NCBI GenBank assembly: GCA_030390025.1
Contig: CM059430.1
Location: forward strand, 72,540,001-72,604,000
DNA length: 64,000 bases
DNA from: Squalus acanthias
Lineage: Eukaryota
Direction of reading: 5' to 3'
Part shown: in pieces, positions 1 to 12,828 of the stretch
How positions within the stretch are numbered: position 1 is the first letter of the stretch
Layout: the number at the start of each line of letters is the position of its first letter
The notes under the pieces: model-generated
The model's input: only the letters and a program-made list of their open reading frames with translations
Database searches by the model: none
Told to the model about the DNA's origin: nothing
Made by a program: the position numbers and the translations under genes

Positions 1-842
1 GTGAAGGAGAGATATGTGTGTAAAGGAACAGGGAGTGAGAGATTGGTGTGTAAAGGAACAGTGAGTGAGAGATTGGTGTGCAAAGGAATAGTGAGTGAGA
101 GATTGGTGTGTAAAAGAACAGTGAGTGATAGATTGGGTTGTAAAGGAACAGTGAGTGAGAGATTGATGTGTAAAGGAACAGTGAGTGAGAGATTGGGTTG
201 TAAAGGAACAGTGAGTGAGAGATTGATGTGTAAAGGAAGAGTGAGTGAGAGATTGAAGTGTAAAGGAACAGTGAGTGATAGATTGGGTTGTAAAGGAACA
301 GTGAGTGAGATATTGTTTTGTAAAGGAACAGTGAGTGAGAGATTGATGTGTAAAGGAACAGTGAGTGAGAGATTGGGTTGTAAAGGAACAGTGAGTGAGA
401 GATTGATGTGTAAAGGAAGAGTGAGTGAGAGATTGAAGTGTAAAAGAACAGTGAGTGAGAGATAGTTGTGTAAAAGGGCAGTGAGTGAGAGATATATGTG
501 TAAAGGAACAGTGAGTGAGAGATTGGTGTGTAAAGGAACAGTGAGTGAGAGATTGGTTTGCAAAGGAACAGTGAGTGAGAGATTGGTGTGTAAAAGAACA
601 GTAAGTTACAGATTGGGTTGTAAAGGAACAGTGAGTGAGAGATTGTTGTGTAAAGGAACAGTGAGTGAGAGATTGATGTGTAAAGGAACAGTGAATGAGA
701 GATTGGTGTCTAAAGGAACAGTGAGTGAGAGATTGATGTGTAAAGGAACAGTGAATGAGAGATTGGTGTGTAAAGGAACTGTGAGTGAGTAATAGGTGTG
801 TATAGGAACAGTGAGTGAGAGATGCGTGTGTAGATTCACAAT
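1..842. repeat. 30-bp tandem minisatellite (GTGAGTGAGAGATTGGTGTGTAAAGGAACA); degenerate units continue at 1603-1784 and 5381-5590
   Basis: Clear 30-bp periodicity. The array is interrupted by a MITE and a Penelope insertion and resumes after each. A related array at 29890-30530 sits at the equivalent position of gene B. Confidence 0.95.
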
Positions 843-1602
843 GGCCCGAAAATTAGACCTAATACGCGAGAGTACGCACTGTGTACTCTCGCGTATTAGT
901 TCCCGAATTGCCCGTTTCCTGCATGCACTGTGCATGCGCGGGAAACCGGCACTTCGTGTATTGCAAAGGGGGCGGTTCCTAAGTGAACCGCGTGTGCACT
1001 ACAGGTTGTGCGCACGCAGCACACTTAGTTTTTTTTCAGGTTTGAACGCGCAGGTAAGTGGTGAAGATTTTACACATAAAGAAAGCAGGCGTAGGACCCC
1101 CTTTTAAAAAGGTAAGTAGTTAATTAAGTGTTATTTTAATTTTTTTTCAACAGGTTAATCTTTTTTAGAGACTTTAAAGAAAAGTAAGTTTATTTTTATA
1201 ACTTTTAAAAAGATTTTAAATTTTTTCAAAAATAATTTTTTGTTTAAAGTGGTTAATTTATTTAACTATAGTTATTTTATTAATGTGATGGATTTTTAAA
1301 AATTTAATTGAGGTTTTGCTGTTCTTTTGGGGGCTTGTAGTATTCATAGCTTTGACAGCCATTGCTGTCAAAACTATGAATGAAAGATGGTGTGCTGCCA
1401 TTGGCTCTAACTGAATCACGTGATCCCAGAGCTCGCACGAACTAATTGCGCCTCTGGACCACGCAAGCACTGCACGCTGGCAACAGGGAGAGGCCCTGCA
1501 ACTGAAGTTCGTGTGGGCCCAAAACAAAAACGTGGGCGTGGAGTGCGATATCGCGGGGAATCCTTACCCCCGTGGGAACCATCGATGTTTAATTTCTGGG
1601 CC
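843..1602. mobile_element. Non-autonomous DNA transposon (PIF/Harbinger-like MITE)
   Basis: Imperfect TIRs GGCCCGAAAATTA / TAATTTCTGGGCC, 3-bp TSD AAT (840-842, 1603-1605), AT-rich core, and a second copy at 50822-51585. Confidence 0.75.
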
Positions 1603-1874
1603 AATGTCTGAGAGATGGGCGTGTAAAGGAAAAGTGAGGGAGACATGCGTGTATAAAGTCAAAATGTGTGAACGATGGGTGTCTAAAGTCACAGTGAGTG
1701 AGAGATGGGTGTGTGAGTCACTGCGAGTGAGAGATTGTTGTGTAAAGTAGCAGTGAATGAGGAATGGATGTGTAAAGTAAAAGTCATGATGCGGAGTTAC
1801 CGGTGTTGGACTGGGGTGGACAAAAATGAGAAGTCGCACAACACCAGGTTATAGTCCAACAGTTTTATTTGAAA

Positions 1875-1915
1875 TCACAAGCTTTCGGAGCTTACGTGGC
1901 CCCTTCCTCAGGTGA
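1875..1915 (-). ncRNA. Minimal type I hammerhead ribozyme in the Penelope terminal repeat
   Basis: Reverse complement reads TCAC-CTGAGGA-aGGGGC(loop)GCTCC-GAAA-GC-TT-GTGA: stem I TCAC/GTGA, intact core, palindromic AAGCTT stem III. Confidence 0.7.
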
Positions 1916-4900
1916 AGTGAAGAAATACAGAATCGACAAATCATATATAGATAGAGAACAATGCATGTGTAACTTACAATGGCAGACAACTACATTTAAA
2001 CATCCTGACTGTTTATCTGCCGAGGTGTGACAAAAGGCAATCAGGTCAGCCAGGAAGATGCCACATCAAAGACATAGCAAGATACAACTGAGACAATGAG
2101 GTGGAGTTACAGGGGGTCTAACGTGTCAAAATCTGCAGTCGGAATGTAAAACGATAAACTTTAAAATGTTTACTTTTTTACTGGGAATCACATCTGTGAA
2201 CAAGCCAACGACAACTCGAGTTTGGATCACGTCATGTATCGTGACATAAACCCAAGATCCCGGTTGAGGCCGTCCTCATGAGTGCGGAACTTGGCTATCA
2301 GTTTCTGCTCGATGATTTTGCGTTGTCGTGTGTTTCTAAGACCGGCTTGGAGAACGCTTACCCGCAGATCCGAGGATGAATGTCCTTGACTGCTGAAGTG
2401 TTCCCCGACTTGGAGGGAACACTCCTGCCTGGTGATTGTCGCACGGTGTCCATTCATACGTTGTCTCAGTGTCTGCATGGTCTCGCTGATGTACCATGCC
2501 GCGGTGCATTCTTTCCTGCAACGTATGGGGTAGACAACGTTGGCTGAGTCACATGAGTATGTACCATTTACCTGGTGGGTAGTATCCTCACGTGTGATGA
2601 TGGTATCTGTGTTGATGATCTGGCATGTCTTGCAGAGGTTGCCGTGGCAGGGTTGTATGGTGTCGTGGTCGCTGTTATCCTGAAAGCTGGGTAATTTGCT
2701 GCGAACGATGGTACTTCTGAGGTTAGGTGGCTGTTTGAAGGCAAGTAGTGGAGGCGTGGGGATGGCCTTAGCGAGGTGTTCGTCGTCATCGATGACATGT
2801 TGAAGGCTGCGAAGAACATGGTGTAGTTTCTCCGCTCCGGGGAAGTACTGGACGATGTAGGGTACCCTGTTGGTTGTGTCCCGTGTTTGCCTTCTCAGGA
2901 TGTCTATGCGATTTTTTGCTGTGGCCCGTCGGAACTGTCGATCGATGAGTCGAGCGTGATATCCCGTTCTTACGAGGGCGTTTTTCAGCGTCCGTAGGTG
3001 TCCATCGCGTTCCTCCTCGTCTGAGCTGATCCTGTGTATTCGCAGGGCTTGTCCATAGGGGATGGCTTCTTTAACTTGGTTAGGGTGGAAGCTGGAGAAG
3101 TGGAGCATCGTGAGGTTGTCCGTGGGCTTGCGGTAGAGTGAAGTGCTGAGGTGTCCGTCTTTGATGGAGATTCGTGTGTCCAGGAATGAAACCGATTCTG
3201 AGGAGTAGTCCATGGTGAGTTTGATGGTGGGATGGAACTTGTTTATGTTATCGTGTAGTCTTTTCAGTGATCCTTCGCCATGGGTCCAAAGGAAGAAAAT
3301 GTCGTCGATGTATCTGGTGTACAGCGTTGGTTGGAGCTCCTGTACAGCGAAGAAGTCTTGCTCGAACTTGTGCATGAAGATGTTGGCGTATTAGGGTGCG
3401 AATTTGGTCCCCATGGCTGTTCCGTGTGTTTGGGTAAAGAAATGGTTGTCGAAGGTGAAGACATTGTGGTCAAGGATGAAGCGGATGAGTTGTAGGATGG
3501 CGTCTGGAGATTGGCTGTTGTTGGTGTTGAGTACTGAGGCTGTCGCAGCAATGCCGTCATCGTCGGGGATACTGGTGTAGAGTGCCGATACGTCCATCGT
3601 GGCAAGGAGTGTTCCTGGTTCAACTGGTCCGTTGGTGCTAAGTTTCTGTAAGAAGTCTGTGGTGTCACGGCAGAAGCTGGGGGTTCCTGTACGATGGGTA
3701 TCAGGATGCCCTCGACATATCCAGAGAGGTTCTCACACAGGGTTCCGTTGCCTGATACGATAGGACGTCCGGGTGTGTTGGCTTTGTGTATCTTTGGGAG
3801 GCAGTAGAAGTCTCGCACGCGGAGAGTACGTGGGATGAGAGCGCGTAGGATGCTTTGAAGGTCTGGATCGAAGGTCTTGATCAGTCTATTGAGTTGGCGG
3901 GTGTGTTCTTTGGTCGGATCTGCGGGTAACTGTCTGTAGTGTTCCAGGTTGTCCAGTTGTCGGTATGCTTCTTTGCAATAGTCCATTCTGTTCTGTATGA
4001 AGATGGCTCCTCCTTTGTCCGCTGGTTTGATGACGATGTTGCGGTTGGTCTTGAGAGCGTGGATGGCGTTGCGTTGTGCTCGGGTGACATTCTGGACTGT
4101 CTTGTGAGTGCGGCTGATGAATCTGGCGTTGATGCATCTCCTGACAGCTTGAGCATACACAGTGCGAATACACAGGATCTGCTCAGATGAGGAGGAACGC
4201 GATGGACACCTACGGTCGCTGAAAAACGGCATCGTAAGAACGGGATATGACGCTCGACTCATCGATCGACAGTTCCGATGGGCCACAGCGAAAAATCGCA
4301 TAGACATCCTCAGAAGGCAAACACGGGACACAACCAACAGGGTACCCTACGTCGTCCAGTACTTCCCCGGAGCGGAGAAACTACACCATGTTCTTCGCAG
4401 CCTTCAACATGTCATCGATGATGACGAACACCTCGCTAAGGCCATCCCCACGCCTCCACTACTTGCCTTCAAACAGCCGCCTAACCTCAGAAGTACCATC
4501 GTTCGCAGCAAATTACCCAGCTTTCAGGATAACAGCGACCACGACACCACACAACCCTGCCATGGCAACCTCTGCAAGACATGCCAGATCATCAACACAG
4601 ATACCATCATCACACGTGAGGACACTACCCACCAGGTACATGGTACATACTCATGTGACTCGGCCAATGTTGTCTACCCCATACGTTGCAGGAAAGAATG
4701 CACCGCGGCATGGTACATCGGCGAGACCATGCAGACACTGAGACAACGTATGAACGGACACCGCACGACAATCACCAGGCAGGAGTGTTCCCTCCCAAGG
4801 GGAACACTTCAGCAGTCAAGGACATTCATCCTCGGATCTGCGGGTAAGCGTTCTCCAAGGCGGCCTTAGAAACACACGACAACGCAAAATCATCGAGCAG

Positions 4901-5290
4901 AAACTGATAGCCAAGTTCCGCACTCATGAGGACGGCCTCAACCGGGATCTTGGGTTTATGTCACGATACATGACGTGATCCAGACTCGAGTCGTCGTTGG
5001 CTTGTTCACAGATGTGATTCCCAGTAAAAAAGTAAAAATTTTAAAGTTTATCGTTTTACATACCGACTGCAGATTTTGACACATTTAGACCCGCTGTAAC
5101 TCCACCTCATTGTCTCAGTTGTATCTTGCTATGTCTTTGATGTGGTACCTTCCTGGCTGACCTGATTGCCTTTTGTCACACCTCGGCAGATAAACAGTCA
5201 GGATGTTTAAATGTAGTCGTCTGCCATTGTAAGTTACACATGCATTGTTCTCTATCTATATATGCTTTGTCGATTCTGTATTTCTTCACT

Positions 5291-5331
5291 TCACCTGAGG
5301 AAGGGGCCACATAAGCTCCGAAAGCTTGTGA
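5291..5331 (+). ncRNA. Minimal type I hammerhead ribozyme (inverted Penelope arm)
   Basis: TCAC CTGAGGA aGGGGC cacataa GCTCC GAAA GC TT GTGA. Confidence 0.7.
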
Positions 5332-5817
5332 TTTCAAATAAAACTGTTGGACTATAACCTGGTGTTGTGCGACTTCTCATTAAAGTAAAAGTGGGTGAGG
5401 ACTGGGTGTGAAAAGTAACAGTGAGTGAGAGGTTGGAGTGTAACGTCACACTGAGAGGGAGATTTGTGTGTAACGTCACACTGAGAGGGAGATTTGTGTG
5501 TAAAGTATTAGTGAGTGATGGGTGTGTAAAATAACAGTTAGTGAGAGATGGGTGTGTAAAGTCACAATGAGTGAGAGATGGGTTTGTGTATAACATTGAG
5601 CGACACTTTCACAGGCTGCAATATGATTTTATTTTCTTGCTGTGTATACTCGGATGGATAAGAAAGTGTAGAATGAATGAGTTTCAGCCAATGTCCAGGG
5701 AAGAAATGCACCCAGATATCATAATTCACAAAAGAAGGATTCTATCCTTTTGTTTCCTGCGAGTTATTGCTATAATTCTGCGGCGATTATCTGCTTCAAG
5801 GAATGAACTTCTTACCT

Positions 5818-5930
5818 TTAAATTGAGACTGATTTCAAATGATCCACGATGAAGGTGGTCCCCACCAGAATCACCATTATCCCCAATAGTAAACGGCACA
5901 GGTTAATGATTTGGAATCCCCCAATAGTAT
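5818..5930 (-). CDS. Gene A TM exon: (D)[36 protein letters not shown]
   Basis: Acceptor ...gcccaccag, phase 1; hydrophobic stretch with an N-terminal Arg; TAA followed by AG|gtaaga donor; near-identical to 30763-30875. Confidence 0.8.
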
Positions 5931-6029
5931 CTGGTGGGCAGAAACAGAAGGGACATTTAAAAAAGTGTAGTGAGAAAAATCTGAAAAACAAAGAAGGAAA
6001 AAAATGAGGCTGAGTAAGGGAGATGGCGA

Positions 6030-6235
6030 GAGGGAGAAACAGGTAGAAAGAGAGAGACAGCGAGCGGCAAAACAGTTAGATATAGACATACGGACAGAGA
6101 GACAGAGAGAAAGAAAGACACAGAAATAGAGTGTGAGAGATAGATAGACAGACAGACAAAGAGGGAGAGGAGAGATAGATGGGCAGACATAGACAGAGAG
6201 AGAGAGAGAGAGAGAAATAAAGATGGAGAGAGACA
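6030..6235. repeat. GA/GACA/GATA-rich microsatellite
   Basis: Purine-rich simple repeats; the paralogous tract is at 30955-31004 and 32191-32435. Confidence 0.85.
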
Positions 6236-8123
6236 ACTGATGACATTCAGTATGTTGAATGCAATGGCTGTTGTTTAAGGGTTTATTTCAGTGTCGCTGC
6301 ATTTACATGAACATCAGTGAGATTAGATCACAGGCAGATACGAAACATTAAAATTGAGGTACATATAAAGAGTTTGAATGTCTGCAGCACGGTGACCTCT
6401 CGGGTCTTCCCATAGGGCCTCAGCCTCTCTGCAGATTCCACTGTCTGACAGCGGTGTCAACAACGCCTCTCAGCCACACCACTCCACTGACATCACTTCC
6501 TGTCTGCCTGCTGTCGACTCAGTTGGATTTGCTCCATTGATGAAGGCTCTATGATTCGACTGATTCCTGAATGTTAGAACTGACTTTCTCCACTCGTGCT
6601 CAGAAGCTCTGAATCCTTGGAGTCAGTGCTATAATTACAATCTGGGTAGACTTTACCCGGTGTAGGGTATTTATTATATGGGACAGGAGGGCTGATCTTT
6701 GTTCGCTCGGAAAATTTGATTTATAGAATTTTTTGTTCCATTTTGTAGTAAATTTTATTGATGTTTGTACATATTTTGCTTTCTTTATCACTTGAAAATC
6801 ATTTTAACTTCTCTCATTCTATCACTCGACACTTTTTGCCTCAACGTTACTGTTGGCGATTATATAACTCTGGACAAATCCGTTGTCTCATTGTGTCTTT
6901 CCGACGTTCCTTTGTTCCCTGTTTTAATGCAGCTGTTGAGCGGTTTATTATAAACAGGTTAACAGACCCACTAACTAGCAGCCAAACCCCGCAGAAATTC
7001 TCCTCAGGTTAGTGTTTTAGTGAAGTAGGGTTCTAGGCAGGAGTTGATTCTACCAAGGGCAGATAATATTCAGTTCCCATCTGTAAGTCATACATTCTTG
7101 TATTTATTTTAATATCACATAAATATTTGTTGATTTTAGGGGCAGAATTAAAGCTTTTCACGCCCTATCTCCAGGGGTTTGCGGATCTTCCACCGAAATT
7201 AAGGCGAAAAATGGGGAGAATCCCGTGAAAATTCCACCCATTATATTATTAATAGCCACAATCCCTTGGTGTTGCCCAGGGGGTTGTAAACTAAATGTAG
7301 TCCTGGGGTTAACTTGCAATATAGGGCGGGGTGTTACCTGGACTTAGGTGAGGGAAGGCGACGACCATGGAGTCGAAAGGAACCCAGAGGGGACGGCACA
7401 GTGGCGAGGGCGGAGGTAGACTGCCGGGAAGAAGGATGGGAGGATGGCGGATGATTTTGGACGGAGGAGAGAGGGTAAAGAGATGCGGAGGAGGAGGGGA
7501 AGAATCGTGCGAAGAGGAAGGAGCTGGATAGACAGGGAAGAATTAGATGTTTGTGGGAACCAAGAGGACATTAGATGGGCTGGAGGGGAATGGGGAGGTG
7601 GAGGGGTACAGTGAGAGAGAGAGCGTGCAGGGCCAGTATTCGCGAGGACAGCGAGGAGCCTAACAGGTGCCCTGAAGGGGCGAGTGGGTAATGGGCTGCT
7701 AGAGGATGGTTATGAGCAGCGGATGGAAAGCAAGTCAGCAGCAATTGATGGGCTGAGAGCCAGGCGGGGCTTTGAGCATGGAAGGACAGAGGAGATCCTG
7801 GGGTGAAATTTTACTTCGACTGGGGCGGAAAACGGCCGGTAGCGGATCGGTCGCCTGTTAAACACGATTTTCGGAAAACTGAATGCGGGTACTTTAACTT
7901 TGGGTAATAGTGTTAAACAGGCTAAAAGGATTCCGCCCTCGTCATGCATCTCTCTGGATTTTCATTTCCAAGGTCAAAATCGAAAGCCTTTTGAGATTGA
8001 AATGAGCGCAGTAACCCCTTTACCCACTCACCGCATCGAGAATGTTCTGGTGCGGATCAATGGAGACAGAAAATCCCCAACAGGCCCCAATTCAGGGCAG
8101 TATTGCGAATCTGAGCCTCTTAC

Positions 8124-8236
8124 CCTTATAGCTGTCGCAGGCTGGACCCCTGAGAGAGACATGAGACACCTGACAGATATAAACCGACCCGCTCTCTACA
8201 GGGTTGAGGGAGCTGGAATCTTGATACAATCCAACC
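8124..8236 (-). pseudogene. Truncated second C1 exon of gene A ([37 protein letters not shown])
   Basis: Matches the 3' half of the gene B C1 exon. Donor G|gtaaga is retained; no 5' half or acceptor was seen, and TE sequence and an N-gap lie upstream. Confidence 0.8.
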
Positions 8237-8249
8237 TTTGAACATGTAT

Positions 8250-8548
8250 TGTACCTTTACAGCCTAGAAGGACAAGGGGCAGCAGGCGCATGGGAACACC
8301 ATCACCTCCAAGTTCCCCTCCAAGTCACACAGCATCCTGACTTGGAAGTATATCACCGTTCCTTCGTCATCGCTGTGTCAAAATCCTGGGACTCCCTCCC
8401 TAACAGCACTGTGGGAGTACCTTCACCACACGGACTGCAGCTGTTCAAGAATGTGGCTCACCACCACATTCTAAAGGGCAATTAGGGATGGGCAATAAAT
8501 GCTGGCCTTGCCAGTGACGCCCAGATCCCATGGACGAATAAAAAAAAC
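8250..8548 (+). mobile_element. 3' tail fragment of a CR1/L2-group LINE
   Basis: Same 3' end (GGCAATTAGGGATGGGCAATAAATGC, A tail) as the element at 35545-36890. Confidence 0.7.
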
Positions 8549-8549
8549 G

Positions 8550-9848
8550 TGCTACACCAGTGGCTGCAGCATGGCTGAGGTGGAAGGCTGCTGACTTCCA
8601 GTGGTGGTCATTGCAAATGGCCTTGCAGTTCGACCTTGAAGAGTTGCTGGCTGTGCGTGTGAAATCNNNNNNNNNNNNNNNNNNNNNNNNNNNNNNNNNN
8701 NNNNNNNNNNNNNNNNNNNNNNNNNNNNNNNNNNNNNNNNNNNNNNNNNNNNNNNNNNNNNNNNNNNNNNNNNNNNNNNNNNNNNNNNNNNNNNNNNCCC
8801 TCTTCCTGGTCAACTACTGGCTGGCCAGGCTGCATTTCTTGGCTGTGTGAAACGAGGACGTCACAAAGGTGGAGTTGTGGTCAGGGGAGGTCAGGAAAAT
8901 AATAGGTGCATGCGAGAAGGAGGATAACGTATGAGGATACCAACATCGTGTATCCTTTAAGCCTCCCTGCTAGCCAAGTGTTCAATCATGCCCCTGCCAA
9001 GAATGGTCTACACCGTCTCCTTCAACGGGGTGATGTGAGGCTAGGAATGGGAGCTGTGCCTCGTCATTGGTGCAGCTTGTTGTTAGGTCAGTGCCTGGGG
9101 GTTGTGCATTGAGCAGTGTGTGATGCTAGTGGTGCAGTTGGTAGGAGATGGCTTTTGAAGATGCATTTACTGACTTTGACCAGTGGTCTGCGTTCATGAA
9201 GCTTCTTTGGGCACTGGGGCCAAGTGGTTGGGGGCAACACTGCTGGCAGTGACGGCCTCGGTGATCTGGTCCCATATCCTTCCTTCTGGAAGGGCTCCTG
9301 GCCCCTGTGGGTAGAGAACCTCGATGCAGTGTTGATCCCCCTGCATTAAGCTGGGGTGCTGCGTGCGAGACCAGGGTGCCCCTTCCCTGATTGTTGTTAG
9401 TGCTGAAGCACTTTTCCCATTTGTTTAGCTGCAGAAGGCAATTCCGCTTTAAGAGCTGAAGCCTCATATTTGGAAATTCTTTTTCATACATTTTTTCAAA
9501 GGCATTTGAGCTGTACGGGCTAAAACGTGCCAATTTTACATGATTTTTAGTTTTTTCATTTCAGAAAGCAGATCCCCTTTAAGAGACCGAATTACTCTCT
9601 GAAATGAGAGCCTCGCTTTAACAAGATGTTGTTCTTGCTGCAATGATGCTACGGCAACGCTACATTGGGGCCTACTGCCAGGACGAACGCCACCACAACA
9701 GCGTTGCACTGTAGGTTCAGTGCTGGGCTAATGTTAATTAACCATCAGCGCCAATTTACCAGACCGGCCAGCGCCACCATTTTCGGCGGACTTTAAAACC
9801 GGCTTGCATTGGCACAGGCAGATTTTTACCACTATTGAATTTTTAGCC
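8550..9848 (-). mobile_element. Degenerate PIF/Harbinger-type transposon remnant (Myb/SANT-like ORF)
   Basis: Minus strand ~9170-9280 reads IWDQITEAVTASSVAP/TWAQCPKKL, resembling the Myb/SANT accessory protein of Harbingers; TIR-like GAATTTTTAGCC at the right end. Confidence 0.5.
8667..8797. other. Assembly gap
   Basis: Run of N. Confidence 1.
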
Positions 9849-9849
9849 T

Positions 9850-11806
9850 TGTGGTCTTAAATCTGAACAAAACAAACTATGCAGGTATGAAGGGCGAATT
9901 GGCTAAGGTAGATTGTGAAACTGAATTAAAAGATGTGAACATTTAAAGAATTAATTCATAATTTGCAACAAATATACATACCCTAAGGAATAAAAACCCC
10001 GTGGAAAACGTGATCCGACCGTGTCTAACAAGAGAAGTTAAAGATAGTATTAGATTAAAGGAAGAGGCTTATTATGTTGCCAAAAAGCATAGTAATCCTG
10101 AGGATTGGGAGTATATTAGAATTCAGCAAATGATGACTTAGAAATTGATAAAGAAAGGGAAAATATGTTATCAGAGTAAACTAGCAAGAGACATAAAACC
10201 TGATTGCAACAGCTTCTATAGGTATGTAAAAAGGAAGAGATTAGCGACAGTAAACATCCCTTAGAGGCAAAAATTATAATGGGGAATAAGGAAATGGCAG
10301 AGACATTAAACAAGTACTTTTTATCTGGCTTCACGGTAGAAGACACAACAAATATTCCAGAAATAGTGGGGAACCAAGGGTCTAGTGAGAACGCAGAAAC
10401 TTAAATAAATCAGTATTAGTAAAGAAATAGTGCAGGAGTAATTAATGGAACGAAAATCCAACAAATCCCCTGGACCTGATGGCCTACACCCGAGGGTTCT
10501 AAAAAAGGTGGCTACAGAGATAGTCCATGCATTGCTTTTGATCATTCAGAATTCCCCAAATTCTAGAATGGTCCCAGAGGATTGGAAGGTAACAAATGTG
10601 GGGAGATAAATAGGGGTCCAATTGATGTAGTGAATTTGGATTTTCCAAATGGATTCGATAAGGTGCCACACAAAAGGTTATTACACAAAATTGGGGCTCA
10701 TTGGATTGGGGAGGTAATATAATAGCATGGATTGAGCATTGGTTAACGAACAGAAAACAGAGAATAGCAACACATGAGTCATTTTTGGGATGACAGGCTG
10801 TACCTAGTGGGGTACAGAGTGGATCAGTGCTTGGCACTCAGCTATTTACAATCTATATCAATGACTTAGATGAGGGAACCGAGTGCATTGTATCCAATAT
10901 TGATAATGATACAAATTTAGGTGGGAAAGTAAGCTGTGAGGAGGACGCAAAGAGGCTGCAAACGGCTATAGATTAATTAAGTGAATGGGCAAGAACATGG
11001 CAGATGGAATATAATGCGGAGAAGTGTGAAGTTATCCATTTTGGTAGGAAAATAGAGAAGAATATTTTTTTAATTTTGAGATATTGGGAAATGTTGGTCT
11101 TCAGAGAGACCTGGGTGTCCTTGTATACGAATCACAGAAGGTTAATATGCCGGTACAGCAAGCAATTAGGAAAGCAAATGGTATCTTAGCCTTTATTACA
11201 AAAAGCATTGGAGTAAAAGAGTAAAGAAGATTAGTGCAATTATATACGGCCTTAGTGAGACCACACCTGGAGGACTGTGTACAGTTTGGGCCTCCTTACC
11301 TAAGGAAGGCTATACTTGCCTAAGAAGTTGTACAAACACGATTCCACTAGACTGATTCCTCGGATGAAGGGATTGTTCTTTGAGGAGAGATTGAGCAGAC
11401 TAATTCTATATTGCCTAGAGTTTAGAAGAATGAGAGGTTATCTCATTGAAATACATAACATTCTTAAGGGGCTTGACAGCGTAGATTCTGGGAGGGTGTT
11501 TCTTCTGGCTGGGGCTCTAGAACCAGGGTCAAAGTCGCAGAATAAGGACTCGGCCATTTAGGACTGAGATGAGGAGAGATGTCTTCACAAAAAGGGTTGT
11601 GAATCTCTGGAATTCTCTACCCCAGAAGACTGTGGATGCTAAGTTGTTGAGTATATTCAAGACAGAGATCGATAGATTTTTGGATACTAAGGGAATCAAT
11701 GGATATGGGGATAATTCGGGAACGTGAAGATGAGGTAGGAGATCAGCCATGGTTGACGGAGCAGGATCGAATGACATGTTTCTGCTCCTATTGCTTATGT
11801 TCTTAC
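9850..11806 (+). mobile_element. CR1-clade LINE, 5'-truncated and degenerate
   Basis: RT-region remnants (KSPGPDG-like, [20 protein letters not shown]) and a CR1 3' tail ending in CTTATGTT repeats. Confidence 0.88.
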
Positions 11807-12828
11807 GTTTTTATATACCAAACTCACCAACTCGGTTCATTTCCGAGATAATGCTCAAGTCCTGACCCCCATAATTGTGAATTATTTCAATCCTTCGCGC
11901 GTGTTCAGGTACAAAGTGCAAACAGATGGAGCGGGTAAATTCATAAGAAAATAAACAGCTAAAAATATGAGGGATAAGGTGAAGCTTCTGCATTTACAGA
12001 GATCCGTTTCGCTCACATCATAGGGAACAAATAAATCCAGGAGACAGCGCTCCCGGCATGAAGCCTTGAGGGACGAGATTGCGGGCTGAAATCTGACCCT
12101 ATGAAATGGCCCATGTTTGACCCGCACTTTGATCGGACTAAGCTGGGTACCCCGATGCCCTGCATCGCTCAATTTCTCCGCGAGCAACTCCCTTTTCCTC
12201 CTTTTTCTCGAGTGAAATCATAGAAATGTAAGCACAGTAGGAGCCAACGTGACCGGCCCACCACAGTCTCGCTCCCAGCTCTCTAACCAATATTTTCCAT
12301 TCCCCTTTCCCACGCATTTTCTTTATTTGTTTTTCTAATTTCCCTCTAAACCGTCAGCTCGATTCCCTTCACTAGCCTCTTGTGCCGGTATATTCCATGC
12401 ACTAAGCGCCCGTTGATTGAAATGTTTTCTCTGCCCTCACCTTCCTGTTTCTGGAGCTGATACTAAGTTTATGACCCCTTGTTGCTCCTAATGTAGTCAG
12501 TGGAAATAGCCTCTCAAACCTCTGAAACCACTTCTCAAACCTTTCTAATGAGACTCCCTCGAACTTTCTCAACTGGACAGAATATATTCTGGGTTTTTCA
12601 AATCGCTCATAAAAAACATCTTCTCTCATTCCTGGGATAATCGCAGTGAAGTCGGCTTGTACTTTCTTGTTCAAATTAATCCCCTTTCTCTTATGGAACT
12701 CTCAATATAACATGCACTCCTCCAAGTGTGGCCTCGTCAACGGCTTGTTAAAGGGCACACTGGAATTCAAACCTACTCTGAACGTCATTGTGCAACTTAC
12801 ATCGACTGTAGACCAAGAGGTAAGATTT

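Larger units (their letters stand above)
1785..5380 (-). mobile_element. 5'-truncated Penelope-like retroelement (RT + GIY-YIG) with an inverted duplicate of its 3' part
   Basis: Minus-strand ORF pieces carry PADKGG, LPKIHK, GTAMG, RYIDDIF and the GIY-YIG region (NVVYPIRC..WYI.ET..RMNGHR), with a stop near 3391 and a frameshift near 3685. A plus-strand inverted copy spans ~4163-5380. TSD TAAAGTAAAAGT at 1773-1784 and 5381-5392. Confidence 0.92.

Noticed and set aside
1-935. Cys/Lys-rich repetitive ORFs (CKGTVSERL)n and their antisense
   Set aside because: Artefact of translating a 30-bp minisatellite; no splice or start context, and the array is interrupted by TEs.
3264-4337. 357-aa ORF as one protein
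   Set aside because: It is chimeric: antisense of the inverted arm, a piece of Penelope RT, then an out-of-frame tail.
6480-6515. ETS-like CAGGAAGTGA as the promoter of a separate gene
   Set aside because: It lies in the C1-TM intron of both copies with no downstream leader exon; at most an intronic enhancer, which cannot be supported from sequence alone.
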